57,308 nt of DNA, from positions 1-57,308 of IMG/VR virus record IMGVR_UViG_3300006224_000012; one strand, given 5' to 3'. The notes beneath the pieces are model-generated. The model worked only from the letters and a program-made list of their open reading frames with translations, searched no databases and was not told the origin of the DNA. Shown in pieces: positions 6,016 through 17,600 of this stretch. Every line of letters begins with the position of its first letter. Within the stretch, counting starts at the first letter, position 1. Source of the stretch: a virus (Duplodnaviria > Caudoviricetes). Position numbers and translations under genes: made by a program.

Positions 6016-9000
6016 TTATCCTCCTCCCTCTATTTTTCCGAGTAGTTCTTGCCAGGAAGTTTCTCCTTTGAGTTCTTCCCAATATGTTTTACCCACTAAT
6101 TCTTCCCACACTATTTCTCCTGTTAATGTCTCCCACTCTATCTTTCCTAGTAATTCTTCCCACTCTACATCACCAAGAATCAGTTTTAATTCTTTCCAGG
6201 CCCATACTCTAGGTGGAATAAGTTTAGCATGTGATGCTGTAAGTATTCCAACACCAAATGAAGTAAGTATAAGAGGCTCAATTAATTTAGTATTTATTGC
6301 CGTTAATACTATACTCTCTACTATAGCATCGGCACCATATCCTGGTTTTATTAACTTAGTATGCTGGGCTGTTAGAGTTGGGACTTCGATATTTACTGTG
6401 GTAATAATTTCAGGAATCACTAATTCAGCAAGGGCTGTTAAGGCTGTAGATAGAATCCCTACAGAAATTGTTGGTACAACAATTCTAGCGTTGCTTGCTG
6501 TTATTGGTACTGCTTCTATCTCTCCAACAAGAACTATTAAAATTTCAGGAGCTAGTAATTTTGCTGCTGATGCAGTAATCGGAATCGCATCTACCGATTC
6601 AGAAATTACTGAGGAAACGTTTATTTCAGGAGAAACAATTCTGGCTTGAGATAATAATAAACAAGGAGCCACACAATAACTTTGTCCTGTTACTGTAGGT
6701 GGAATTATCTTACTGTTAGTGCAAGTTAATATAATCATTTCGCGGCTAATTGATATAATTAATGCAGGAATGAGTATATTAGTATGTTCTGCGGTTAATG
6801 GTATAGCTGTAATTCTTGCTGCTCCATTTACTGTTGGAGCAATTATCTTGGCTTGAGAAGCAGTTATTGTCGTTGCAGACACCTTTCCTGTCCCTGACAG
6901 ACTAGAAACGTGTATACCATGACAGCTTGCTGTTAATGGGTTGCAACTTATTATAGAGACAATAACTAAATTGGGGCTAAGTAGCTTAGTTTGAGAACAA
7001 GTAAGTGATTCTGAGTAAATAATGGCATCAAACATTGAAGAAGCATATACGGATGGTGGCAGGAGCTTAGTTTGACTACAAGTTAGGATTGGAATACTTG
7101 CATAACTTATAGTTACTATCGAGGGTATAATAATCTTTGTATTAGATGCTGTTATTGCAGTTGCAGTTACCGACGTAGAAACTTTAGGAGTTAATAGCTT
7201 TGCTGAACTGAGGGTTAATGTGGGAATTGCCGTGAGACTAACACCGCTTATAACGGGAGGAATAATGCGGGTACTAGAGGCAGTTATTGTAACGGAATCT
7301 AGGGCGCTAGAAACTACGATTTCGGGCGCTATTATCCGTGCCTGACTCAAGGTTAATGGATTTACTGAAACATTTGCATTCTGAACGCTTTCTGCACTTG
7401 GGGCCAATAGCAGCGCATGGGAGCAGGTTAATGGTTCGGCAGATATGACGGAAACTATGACGAGACTAGGAACGAGAATCTTGGCGTTAATAGCCGTTAG
7501 AGTAGGTACTACAATAGTGGCTGTAGTAACTACTTCAGGAACAAGGATTTTAGTGTTTTTAGCTGTTAATGGTTCAGCATTTAAGATTAAATCTGCAATT
7601 AGGTTTGGAGTCAGTAATTTAGTGGCCGATGCGGTCAAAGCTGTAGCATTTAGTACTTCAGAATCTAGTAAACTGATAAATGGTTCTAATAATTTAGCCT
7701 GTGAACAGGTTAATAATGGTATAGAAATAACACTTATTATAACTAAGCTTGGTGCTAATATCTTTGTTGCAGAAGCAGTTAATGGTACAGCTTCTACTCT
7801 TGTAAATCCAGTTATAGTGGGAGCTAGAATTTTTGCAGCCGAACAAGTAAGAGGTACGCTCTCTATTCTAGCGGAACCAGTAATGGTAGGAGCAAGTATT
7901 TTAGTAGCACTTCCAGTTAAAGATACTGCATTTATAGCGATTCTTGTAGTAATAACTGGGGAAAGAATTTTAGTAGCAGAAGCAGTAATAGGTACTGCTA
8001 CTATTCTAGTTTCTCCTGTTACCGTTGGTGGTACTAGTTTAGCTGCTGTACAAGTTAATAAAGCTGCTGGAATACTTGTTATGCTATATACAGTTGGAGA
8101 AAGCAGTTTAACTGCGGAAGCGGATAAAGTTACCTGTAAATCTATATAATTGCTGGTATTTATATCCAGAGCAACAATTTGGGCATGGCTTGCTGTTAGA
8201 GGTTCAGCATTGACTATACTGCTCCAAGTTATCTCTGGAGTTAGTAGTTGAGCGTTAGAACAAGTTAATACAGTAGCATCAATGCTTATTGATTCAACTT
8301 CTGTAATTATAATGTCAGGAGAAAGTACTTGTGTAGAAGAGGCAGTAGCCCAAGGATTTTTTAAGCAGGCTATTACAATTTCATTAGATAACGACCACTC
8401 TCCATCTGAGAACATTCTAGCGCGATAGTAGTAAATATTTCCGTGGGTTGTAGTAGTATCAATAAACTCATAGTTTGTACCATCCCACGAAGAAGCGGAT
8501 AGAATCTCATAGTCCCCACTCTCTCCCGTTTTTCTTTCAATATAAATGAAGGTTAAAGCTGGAAGTATAATTTGAACATGAGAGCCAGTCAATGCTGGTG
8601 CATTAATAAGCGAATCTCCAGCTTGAGTTAAGATTGGGGCTAAAAGTTGGGTTTGAGAACAAGTTAAAATAGGAATAACAAGAACTGACTCTATGATAAG
8701 CGATGGACTAAATAACTGAGCCTGTGAAGCAGTTAAAACGGCACTATCGACTCTTACTAGAGTGCTTACACTAGGAGAAAGCAGTTTACAGGCTTGAGCA
8801 GTAATTATGCTACTTTCAATCCAAGTTGAGGTAACGATTTCGGGAGATAGTAGTTTTGCTGCTGAACAAGTGATTGGAACAGCGTTAATTGGTGCTTCAA
8901 ACTGAATTGTGGGTTCTAATAACTTGGCATGTTGGGCTGTTAATGGAATACTAGTAATATAAGCTGTTCCATAGACATTTGGAGCTAAAATCTTCGTATT

Positions 9001-12000
9001 TTGGGCTGTAAGAGGAATATGGACAATATTAGCTAAAGTATAGACTATTGGAGCTAAAATCTTCGCCGCAGAGCAAGTTATTGGTTCAGCAGAAACCCTG
9101 GCTATAGAATTAACAGTAGGAGCTAGTATTTTGGTATTTTGAGCAGTTAAAGGTATAGCAGCTATATAAGCTCTTCCAGACACTTCTGGAATGAGTATTT
9201 TTGTTTGTTGTGCAGTTAAAATTGCTCCAGCAACCGTAGTAGACCTAATTATTTCTGGCGCTAGTATTTTAGTCTGTTGTGCTGTTAAAGGTATTGCATC
9301 TACTGTAGTAGTAGCCTCAGTAATTATTGATGGGGCTAATATCTTTATGGCTGAACAAGTAATGGGGATAGCACTTACTTGGGTTGCACTAGTAATAGTA
9401 GGTGCTAATATTTTAGCCGCGCTACAAGTAATTGGTATTGCATTTACTTGAGTAGAAGTAGCTATAGCAGGAGCAAGAACAAAAGTATTTTCATATTCTG
9501 CTGTTAAAAATACTGCCTTTGTACTGCTATTATCCCTAGAACGGAAACCAATATATTTGCTGCTTCCAGTTACTCCATTCTCTTTCCAAATAACACATAG
9601 AGAATTTCCATAGGTCCAACCACTTCTGTTAACAATTTCTTGTATGATTGTTTTAATATCAGGAGAGATATGAGTACTTCCAACAGAAAATGATGCAAAA
9701 CTCCACTCTACACTAGCAGAAGTAGTAGAAGCAGTTTTAGGTTCATGAGTAGTTACAACCCAAGCTCCAGGATTATCTGCGGCTTCACCATAAAGAATTG
9801 TTGGGTATGGAAAAGATGGAAAAGATGCTCCGTAGTAATTTCCTTCTATTGTTGCTGCTAAAATAGTTCTATCTTTAGCAATTGTGACATTCTGGAATCT
9901 CCAACCGCCAGGAAGTGAGTTTCCACTTTGGTCTTTACCGGCATAAATACCACCAGAGTTATCAACAAATGCCCCTGCAACTGTATATGTAGCATCATCA
10001 GTACTAGCAATAATTGTAGCCATATAAATGTTAGGAGAAATTACTCTAGCAGTTACTTGACAAGTTCCACTTACTACTGGTGAAAGTACTTTTGTTGCAC
10101 TACAAGTTAAGACACTAGAACTAATACTATTAGCTATACTTGGAGTAAGAATTTTACAGGCTGAAGCAGTAAGAGGAACAGCAGTAACTTGAGTTCTAGT
10201 CTGTATTGTAGGAGCTAATAATTGTGCCGCTGAACAAGTAATAGGAACAACTGTAGAAGCACTAGCAATACTAGGAACTAAAATTTTAGTTTGTTGCGCG
10301 GTTAAAATTGGAATTGCTATAGCTACTGCTATAGAAGGAGTGAGAATCTTAGTTTGTTGGGCAGTTAAAATAGAAGCTGTACTAGCGACTGATATAGATG
10401 GAGTTAATATTTTTGCTGCTGAACAAGTAAGGGGTTCAGCATTTATAATAGTAGGGCCATCTTCAGTAGTTACAGTAGGAGTATAAACTTCTATAGTTTG
10501 ACTAGCTGCGTAATCTATAGAAAGTCGTAGACAGTTACTTGAAGACCCATCATAAGAATACCAGTATCTTATTGCGTCACCAGAAGAGTTATTATTTTCT
10601 TCTATTATAGCTAGATTATTACCTTTGACCCAATCTTCTCGGTCAATAATCTCTTGAATAGGAGCTTTAATATTAGGGCTGTCATACCAAGTACCAGAAG
10701 TCCAATCTGGGATATCATCCCAGTCGGTATAAGCTGTAGTCTTTGTTCTTGCTAAATAGTTTGATTGGTTACTATATGTTGCTGGAGAAGAATTATCTTC
10801 TCCATAGATTCTGGCGTTACATATATTTCCTCCAAGTGTGCTATTAGCCATACCCCTAAGAATCGCAGACTCAATAAGAGCATTTTTAGGAATGTTGATA
10901 CCTCTAAATAATGCACCCGAAGAATATCTCTCTGTAGAAGTTGAACCAAATATAAAGTTAACAGTTGTCATTGACCAAACACTTACTCGGTCAACACAAT
11001 CATCAGAGCTTTGAGATACTAAAATAGGCCCAATACTATTAGAGTTTAATAGTGGATTTGCATTAATTTGGCAAATACTTCCTACTACTGGTGTGAGTAG
11101 TTTAGTCGCGCTGCAAGTTAAAGGTTCAGCATTTACAGTAGCGTTACTACTAGTAGATAAAATAAAGCTATTAGTAGAACTCCATAAATTCCAGTCACCA
11201 CTTGCACGTTTAGCTCTTACTCGCCAATAATAAGTATCATTAGTAAGAGCATCTGCTTCGGGTACTGTATAAGTAATTTCATGCCCAGAGGTAAAAGGAT
11301 GAGTATCAACTCCATCATGATAAAACTCTGTTGTGTCTACATCTGAAGTACGGTCTATAAGAGATTCAGTTGCATTATTACTAGTGACTCTAAATTCAAT
11401 AGCATACACATTAACTTGAGCAGCATCATTAATATTTTTCCAAAATGTAACTACTAATTCATGTAGTTTTGTCCAAGTCCAACTAGTAAAATTAGTTACA
11501 TCATAATAGGCACTCCATCCTGTTGCTCCAGGACCATTTAATGTTCCAGTACCAATTTCTACACCATATGGGGTCTGTAACATAAATCCTAAATTATCAG
11601 TAGCAGCAGTATTAATATAGACCCTTATTTCTACTTTATCTATTGTTAAACTAGAAGATTCTGGAGCATCTGTATGAAATGACAAACCACCAATAGTAAT
11701 CGCATTTAAAGTTTTACTACCATATGTAGTGGTATATCCATAATTTGATATGTTAGTACCTGTAGAAGATGCATTTGTCCAGGCAAGTTGTGGGTCAGTA
11801 TAAAGTGAGCCAAAGTAATATGTGTTGCGTACTGGTGTATTATTAAAAGTATTTGCAGTATCTATTTGTATTTCATATTCAAGTTCAGCACCATCAGTAT
11901 CAGTACCAGTAAAATAGAAAGTAGGAGTAGTATCAGTTATTGTTCCTGTTGGATTAGCTCCTAGTACTACTGTTTGGAAATTTGGAGCTAGTATTTTTGC

Positions 12001-13449
12001 GGCAGAAGCAGTTATAGGAATAGTGTCTACTTGTCTTGGTAGACTAGGATTAAGTATCTTCGCCGCAGAGCAAGTAAGAGGAACAGCATTTGCTGTAGAA
12101 AGAGTAACCGTAAGACTTCTAGTGGTACTCCAGTTATCTGCATAACTTTTATTATATCCTCTAGCTCTGGCTCTCCAATAGTAAGTTCCCGATGCAAGAG
12201 TAGGGGTATAGGTTATTTCATGGCCGCTAGTAAAAGGATGAGTGTCAGAACCATCATGATACCACTCTGTATCTCCACCAGTAGAAGTTTCATCTATTAA
12301 TGGGCTTGATTCAACATATACTCTAAATACAACATCCCCGGTTTGACTAGTCCAACTACCAGAGGCTTTTATCCAAGGGGTTCCTCCAGAATATGTTCCT
12401 ACTCCTCTAGAACCAACTGTTACATAATTAGTAGTATCTCTAGCTCCTGAACGTTCTACTGTTATATAGTAAACTGTAGAAGCCGAAAGTTCTGGATAAT
12501 CTGGCAATCTAATTTGATTAAAATAATATGTATCTGCTAAAGCAAGAGTAGAAGGATTTATAGTTACTGTAGCAACAATAGTTCCAGAGCAAGAACCACT
12601 TCTAATATATACATAGTGTGTGTCAGTACAACTAGTCGTACTTCGTTTTAGAGTTAAATCAATTTGTTTTACTCTACCAGCATTAGTAGTTGTAAATGAC
12701 TGGCCTATGGCTTCGTATGTTCCTGACCCACCATAAACATATAAAGTGCTTGTATCTACAGCCGCTTCATTCCAAATACCGGCTCCAGCACCGCCTGAAT
12801 CAAAAGTATTAACAGTATCAAATTGAATTTCATATTCTACATCAGCGGCATCTGGCTCAGTTCCAGTCATATAGAAAACTGGGCTATTAGATTCTCCCGC
12901 ATCTGGAGGAGAACTAGCTCCAATACTTATTGCTGCTGATGATGTATAAGTGCCGGTAAGTTCTATTGCATCAATTCTCCAATAAGAACCATCAGCACCA
13001 CCAGATTTACTATGCCCAAACCTAATTCTAATTACTGCATTATCCCACTCCTCTTTAGTTTTTGTATACGAGGCAGTTCCTACAAATTCAATAGGGCCAG
13101 AATTTGTCCATCCAGTAGCGGGATTAGTAACTAATGTTGTTTCAGAACACAGATTAGAAGATAGATTTGATTGATACATAGTAGCATAAAGGGTTTCAGT
13201 ATCATCGTTACGGCCTATTAAATTATAGCGAACATTAATACTTAATGAATTCATGTATAAGAAGTCATCAGGCATATTAGTTATCGGTATATAGAAATAC
13301 GAATTGGCATTTGCTACACTTTGAACATAATTTCCATCAGCACTAGAAATACCTTCATCTATATCTGTATAGGCACCACTAGCAAGAACGGCGGTATTTT
13401 GTAGTGTATTATTGGGATACAGGGTTCCTAATGTAACTGGATTAGCCAT
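6016..13449 (-). CDS. Giant (2477 aa) repeat-built virion fibre/appendage protein
   Basis: Start re-called at MANPVTLG (TAATG overlap, GGCGGTGA SD); many ~25-aa PLT(C/A)S..K(I/L)L.P repeats; FN3-like and lectin-like domains. Confidence 0.8.
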   Translation of the reverse strand: MANPVTLGTLYPNNTLQNTAVLASGAYTDIDEGISSADGNYVQSVANANSYFYIPITNMPDDFLYMNSLSINVRYNLIGRNDDTETLYATMYQSNLSSNLCSETTLVTNPATGWTNSGPIEFVGTASYTKTKEEWDNAVIRIRFGHSKSGGADGSYWRIDAIELTGTYTSSAAISIGASSPPDAGESNSPVFYMTGTEPDAADVEYEIQFDTVNTFDSGGAGAGIWNEAAVDTSTLYVYGGSGTYEAIGQSFTTTNAGRVKQIDLTLKRSTTSCTDTHYVYIRSGSCSGTIVATVTINPSTLALADTYYFNQIRLPDYPELSASTVYYITVERSGARDTTNYVTVGSRGVGTYSGGTPWIKASGSWTSQTGDVVFRVYVESSPLIDETSTGGDTEWYHDGSDTHPFTSGHEITYTPTLASGTYYWRARARGYNKSYADNWSTTRSLTVTLSTANAVPLTCSAAKILNPSLPRQVDTIPITASAAKILAPNFQTVVLGANPTGTITDTTPTFYFTGTDTDGAELEYEIQIDTANTFNNTPVRNTYYFGSLYTDPQLAWTNASSTGTNISNYGYTTTYGSKTLNAITIGGLSFHTDAPESSSLTIDKVEIRVYINTAATDNLGFMLQTPYGVEIGTGTLNGPGATGWSAYYDVTNFTSWTWTKLHELVVTFWKNINDAAQVNVYAIEFRVTSNNATESLIDRTSDVDTTEFYHDGVDTHPFTSGHEITYTVPEADALTNDTYYWRVRAKRASGDWNLWSSTNSFILSTSSNATVNAEPLTCSATKLLTPVVGSICQINANPLLNSNSIGPILVSQSSDDCVDRVSVWSMTTVNFIFGSTSTERYSSGALFRGINIPKNALIESAILRGMANSTLGGNICNARIYGEDNSSPATYSNQSNYLARTKTTAYTDWDDIPDWTSGTWYDSPNIKAPIQEIIDREDWVKGNNLAIIEENNNSSGDAIRYWYSYDGSSSNCLRLSIDYAASQTIEVYTPTVTTEDGPTIINAEPLTCSAAKILTPSISVASTASILTAQQTKILTPSIAVAIAIPILTAQQTKILVPSIASASTVVPITCSAAQLLAPTIQTRTQVTAVPLTASACKILTPSIANSISSSVLTCSATKVLSPVVSGTCQVTARVISPNIYMATIIASTDDATYTVAGAFVDNSGGIYAGKDQSGNSLPGGWRFQNVTIAKDRTILAATIEGNYYGASFPSFPYPTILYGEAADNPGAWVVTTHEPKTASTTSASVEWSFASFSVGSTHISPDIKTIIQEIVNRSGWTYGNSLCVIWKENGVTGSSKYIGFRSRDNSSTKAVFLTAEYENTFVLAPAIATSTQVNAIPITCSAAKILAPTITSATQVSAIPITCSAIKILAPSIITEATTTVDAIPLTAQQTKILAPEIIRSTTVAGAILTAQQTKILIPEVSGRAYIAAIPLTAQNTKILAPTVNSIARVSAEPITCSAAKILAPIVYTLANIVHIPLTAQNTKILAPNVYGTAYITSIPLTAQHAKLLEPTIQFEAPINAVPITCSAAKLLSPEIVTSTWIESSIITAQACKLLSPSVSTLVRVDSAVLTASQAQLFSPSLIIESVLVIPILTCSQTQLLAPILTQAGDSLINAPALTGSHVQIILPALTFIYIERKTGESGDYEILSASSWDGTNYEFIDTTTTHGNIYYYRARMFSDGEWSLSNEIVIACLKNPWATASSTQVLSPDIIITEVESISIDATVLTCSNAQLLTPEITWSSIVNAEPLTASHAQIVALDINTSNYIDLQVTLSASAVKLLSPTVYSITSIPAALLTCTAAKLVPPTVTGETRIVAVPITASATKILSPVITTRIAINAVSLTGSATKILAPTITGSARIESVPLTCSAAKILAPTITGFTRVEAVPLTASATKILAPSLVIISVISIPLLTCSQAKLLEPFISLLDSEVLNATALTASATKLLTPNLIADLILNAEPLTAKNTKILVPEVVTTATIVVPTLTAINAKILVPSLVIVSVISAEPLTCSHALLLAPSAESVQNANVSVNPLTLSQARIIAPEIVVSSALDSVTITASSTRIIPPVISGVSLTAIPTLTLSSAKLLTPKVSTSVTATAITASNTKIIIPSIVTISYASIPILTCSQTKLLPPSVYASSMFDAIIYSESLTCSQTKLLSPNLVIVSIISCNPLTASCHGIHVSSLSGTGKVSATTITASQAKIIAPTVNGAARITAIPLTAEHTNILIPALIISISREMIILTCTNSKIIPPTVTGQSYCVAPCLLLSQARIVSPEINVSSVISESVDAIPITASAAKLLAPEILIVLVGEIEAVPITASNARIVVPTISVGILSTALTALAELVIPEIITTVNIEVPTLTAQHTKLIKPGYGADAIVESIVLTAINTKLIEPLILTSFGVGILTASHAKLIPPRVWAWKELKLILGDVEWEELLGKIEWETLTGEIVWEELVGKTYWEELKGETSWQELLGKIEGGG
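6028..6205 (-). repeat. Nonapeptide W-E-E-L-x-G repeat, 6 copies, at the fibre C-terminus
   Basis: WKELKLILGDVE WEELLGKIE WETLTGEIV WEELVGKTY WEELKGETS WQELLGKIE. Confidence 0.8.
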
Positions 13450-14696
13450 TATATCACCGCCATTCCAATAACAAAGTCGTTTCCTAATTGATAAGCATAA
13501 AAACCTGGAATTATTTGTATTCCAACATCTATTGTTGGTGATATAATAGTGGCATGAGAGCAAGTTAGTGGAATAGAATCAATTTGCCATAGACTAGTTA
13601 TTTCAGGAGCAAGCAGAATTGTACTAGAACAAACCAGAATTTCTGCTTGAATAAATGCTGTTCCTGTAATTTCTGGAGAATAAACTTGGGTAGACGAGCA
13701 AATTATAATAGCAGATTCTATATAAGTTAAACTTCCAGCCCCAGGCGTTAGAAGTTGAGTGTATTGTGCTGTTAATGGGTTAGTAGTACTAGCTGCACTA
13801 ATATTTGGAGTTAAAACTTTAGTATTTTGCGCTGTTAATGGTAGATGTTCTAACCCAAGTGATAGTGCGGGAGAAAGAATTTTAGTATATTGCGCTGTTA
13901 AAGGAGGAATGTCCCTAGCTTGAGATATTCCTGGTTCAAGTATCTTAGTTTGTTGTGCGGTTAGACAAATATCTAATGATATAAGCTTATCTCCACTAGC
14001 ATTTTCAGTCGAAACTACTGGCTCAAGTATTTTAGTATATTGCGCGGTTAAAATTGAGGAATCAACACCAGTAGATATTGTAGGGTCTAATATTTTAGTT
14101 GCCGAACAAGTAATAGTTTCAGTACAGGTTACTGTTGCAGAAATTACCGAAGTACATGTTACTTCAGGAACAAGAATTTTAGTATACTGACAAGTTAAAG
14201 GAGGAGCAGGGATAGCGTAAGTAACTTCTACTTGTAAGTAGTCTAGTGACCAAGTTCTTGAAGTAGCGGTGTTACCTGTATAGACTCTGGCTCGTACTCT
14301 AAGTCCAGAATCGCCTGTAGTATTTAATTGAGCAACAGTTGGAAAACCAGAAGTTATGGTTTGAGTAGCAGTATAGTCTGTGTTAAGAGTAGGAGTAGAA
14401 ACAGTAGCTTCTGTTCCTACTGCTGTAGTACCTGTATGAAAAAGTTGGATTCCCCAACCAGCACCAGTAATAGAGCTAGTTCCTATTCGACAAACCCCAC
14501 TTACTACAATCCTTTGAATTGTTGCATCAGTAGGAATAGCAAAATTAAGGTTAGTCCAATAGGAGTTCTGGTTTTGGTTACGGGTGGTGGAGGTTAAAGT
14601 AGCATAGTTTGTATCATCAGTATAAACATTACCGGGGTTGGTAAAAACCATCCCCGTAGAGGAGTAATTACTAACTAATTTAGTAACAGTAGCCAT
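13449..14696 (-). CDS. Repeat-containing virion fibre protein (415 aa)
   Basis: N-terminal beta domain, then about 10 LTAQ.TKIL.P repeats. Confidence 0.75.
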   Translation of the reverse strand: MATVTKLVSNYSSTGMVFTNPGNVYTDDTNYATLTSTTRNQNQNSYWTNLNFAIPTDATIQRIVVSGVCRIGTSSITGAGWGIQLFHTGTTAVGTEATVSTPTLNTDYTATQTITSGFPTVAQLNTTGDSGLRVRARVYTGNTATSRTWSLDYLQVEVTYAIPAPPLTCQYTKILVPEVTCTSVISATVTCTETITCSATKILDPTISTGVDSSILTAQYTKILEPVVSTENASGDKLISLDICLTAQQTKILEPGISQARDIPPLTAQYTKILSPALSLGLEHLPLTAQNTKVLTPNISAASTTNPLTAQYTQLLTPGAGSLTYIESAIIICSSTQVYSPEITGTAFIQAEILVCSSTILLAPEITSLWQIDSIPLTCSHATIISPTIDVGIQIIPGFYAYQLGNDFVIGMAVI

Positions 14697-17600
14697 TATA
14701 CAGCCACCCCGACTACAATAGAATTACCTAGTTGGTAGGTATAAAGTCCTGAAAGAATAGTGCCCGTACTAACAATGGGGATAAGTAATTGGGCATGAGA
14801 ACAACTCATAGTCGCAGTAAAAGTAGCAGTTATAGTTGGCTCTAGAATCTTAGTTTGTTGTGCCGTTAAAATAGCAGCAGATATTGTAGCAATAAAGATT
14901 AAGTATGGTGCATTTAATGCACAATGGGTACAAGTTAGAGTTGGTATTTCTATTCGTACTACCGAGTAAACCTCGGGAGTTAATATTTTAGTCTGTTGTG
15001 CGGTTAATACTGCGGAAGTATTAGCAACACATATTGACGGAGCTACTATTTTAGTAGCAGAACACGTTAGACATATTGGGATTGGTATAGTTCCTGTTGA
15101 AAGTGCTGTTACTTCTGGAGCTAGAATTTGTGCGTGAGAAGCTGATAAGGTACCATAACTAGTAACATTAATCCCGGTAAAGGAAACAACTAAGAAAGCT
15201 CTACCCTCTACATGTTGTGTATTAGTAGACGCAACTTTGTGAACACATAGGTCGTCCCCACTTGTGGGTGTAAATGACGAACTTCTTTTCCATGTTTTTG
15301 TTGCACTATTCCAGTTAATTCCTGAACCAGAAACTAGACTATTTGGTGTACTAGTACTAGAGTTTATCTCATATAGTTGTAGTCTTTCTGCGTTATCAGC
15401 GCAATATCCAGTAGCATCAAGATAACAAACAGGATTGCTATAATTTCCTGAATTATACTGGCTTCTTTGATATGGGGTAGTTTCAGCATTTAAAGTAGAA
15501 TCATACCTATCTACAGTAAGATAGATTTCTCCTTTTGACAAGCCTGTAAGGTAAAGTCTTAATGAAGAACGATAATGAGTAGTGTCTACTGTAGCTTCTA
15601 CAGCCCTAACAAAAGTCTCAAATTCATGACCATCAGGCATGTCTTCCCAATCAAACTCTGTCCATTGATATTCAATAGTTGAAGATTTAGTTTCTATTAT
15701 GGCTACTGCATTATTACTATCATCTATATCACATAAACCTACTTGTCCTTCAAAATCACCATTATTGGTTCTTAAACTGCCCTCAAAAACACAATGGTCT
15801 ATTCCCCCCCAATTACTTGCATTTTTATGGAAACGATAGTGTCTTTGAGGCACATTAGAACCTAAGTCTTTTTGTTGCCAAGTAGTAACATTATCTTGCA
15901 ACGTTTCTATATTTGGAGAGGAAGAATACCACCAGTCATCTTTACCGTTCATAGCAATAGGAATTACTGTTTTAGTAGCTGTTTCATCTTGTACTACAAT
16001 AATACGAGCGGCGTATACATAGGTATCGCCATCAATTTCTCCTGCGGTTTGAACCGCATACTTAATATCTCCAGAATTTAGTGTCATAGCGGAACTACGG
16101 TAACGAGAATAAGTAGTGCCTGTATTAGCAAGTACGGTGATAGAACCTACCGATGAGCTATTATTAGTATCATATAAATTTACATTAAGAGTATTAGAAG
16201 TAGAAGAGTTTGAGGCAACTACTTCCCAATAAAATTGGACATTCCCATCAAAATCATCTTTATTAAATCTATACCATGTTTCAGTCCATATTTTTTCAGT
16301 AGTTTGAACCGATAAACCAAAATCAACTAAGTCAAACTGTATTTCTGTTTTGGCATTCCCATCCCCAGCAAACACTATTTTTGGGCTTGTTGGTTCTACT
16401 AGATGAAAGTGGTTAGTCGAAGAAAAGGAACCGTATGTATCAGAACCATCAGGGTCTTTTGCCCTTACTTTCCAATATATGGTATCTCCGTAGTTAAATT
16501 CATATTCTTCGGTTGTATAAACTGCTAATTGTACTGCACCACAATAAACGGTTACTCCTGATGGAATATCACCATAAATTCTGACTTTTAGGTTTTGTAT
16601 TGCTGATAACGACCAACCTCCAGATGGTGGTGTTAATGTTACAGGAGTATAAGCACCTGAACCTGAGCCTTGTCTTGACATGCAAGTTCCTAGTTCTTCG
16701 TCGGTTGAAGAATAGACTGTTGCATAGAATGAAGTTCTAGTTGGGTCATAATCACTTGTATAACCAACTAGTGCTACATCAACTCGTAATACAGTTTCAT
16801 TAACAAGAGAAGGTAGGTTTGTGCCTTCACCACCTAAATACCCATAAGTTTTTGTTCCAGATACAGCCCCAACACAAGAAGCAAAACCAAAAGTAGTGTC
16901 CTCATCAAAAGCATTTCCATCATCTGTCCATTTGCTGTCAGGGTCACTTGGGGTGCTATCATTAAAAAGACAATATTGTATATCTATATCTAAAGGAGTG
17001 TAGGTAATTTCATGCCCACTTGTGAATGGGTGCGTGTCAGAACCATCGTGATAAAAGGCACCAGGAACAGCATCGGAAGTGTAGTCTAGTAAAGCTGTTC
17101 CTACAGAAGTAAAATCTTGAGAAAGCATTGTTTGTGTATCTGTTCCGGTTCCACCCCATAATTGTGAGTAGTTTGAACTAGTGAAACTTACATCTATATA
17201 ACAAGTCTCAGTTTCACTATAAATTTTTGCCCATAAGTCATATTCTGGAAAATAGCCCCAGCGGTCATCACCAGTATAGCTCAACATATACATTACTCCA
17301 CCAGAATACGGGTTTGATGTGCTAAGATTCCAACCTATATAATTAGTTTCATCATGTACATTTGGCAATCTTTCTAAACTAACATGAAAAGTTCCTCCAA
17401 TATAAGGAATTATTATGGGTGTTGAAAAGGTAAATCTTACAATTCCACTTGTCATGGTTAAAGTTTCTATCGGATCACTCCAGTAATCATCTGGATAATG
17501 TCCACTTCCAATTCCACATATTAATTGAAAATCTGGGCTTCCAAATTTTTGGAGTTTTAAGTCTACATATTTAATTTTCATGTAGCCGCTATCAAAACTA

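Noticed and set aside
6002-9451. Long plus-strand ORFs (6002-6649, 7445-8149, 9191-9451) and similar antisense ORFs over the tape measure and other genes
   Set aside because: Shadow frames of repetitive or codon-biased minus-strand genes; no SD or domain signal
13450-13563. ORF-track N-terminal extension of the giant fibre (MLSCHYY...)
   Set aside because: Overlaps the upstream gene out of frame; the ATG at 13449 has an SD and a TAATG coupling
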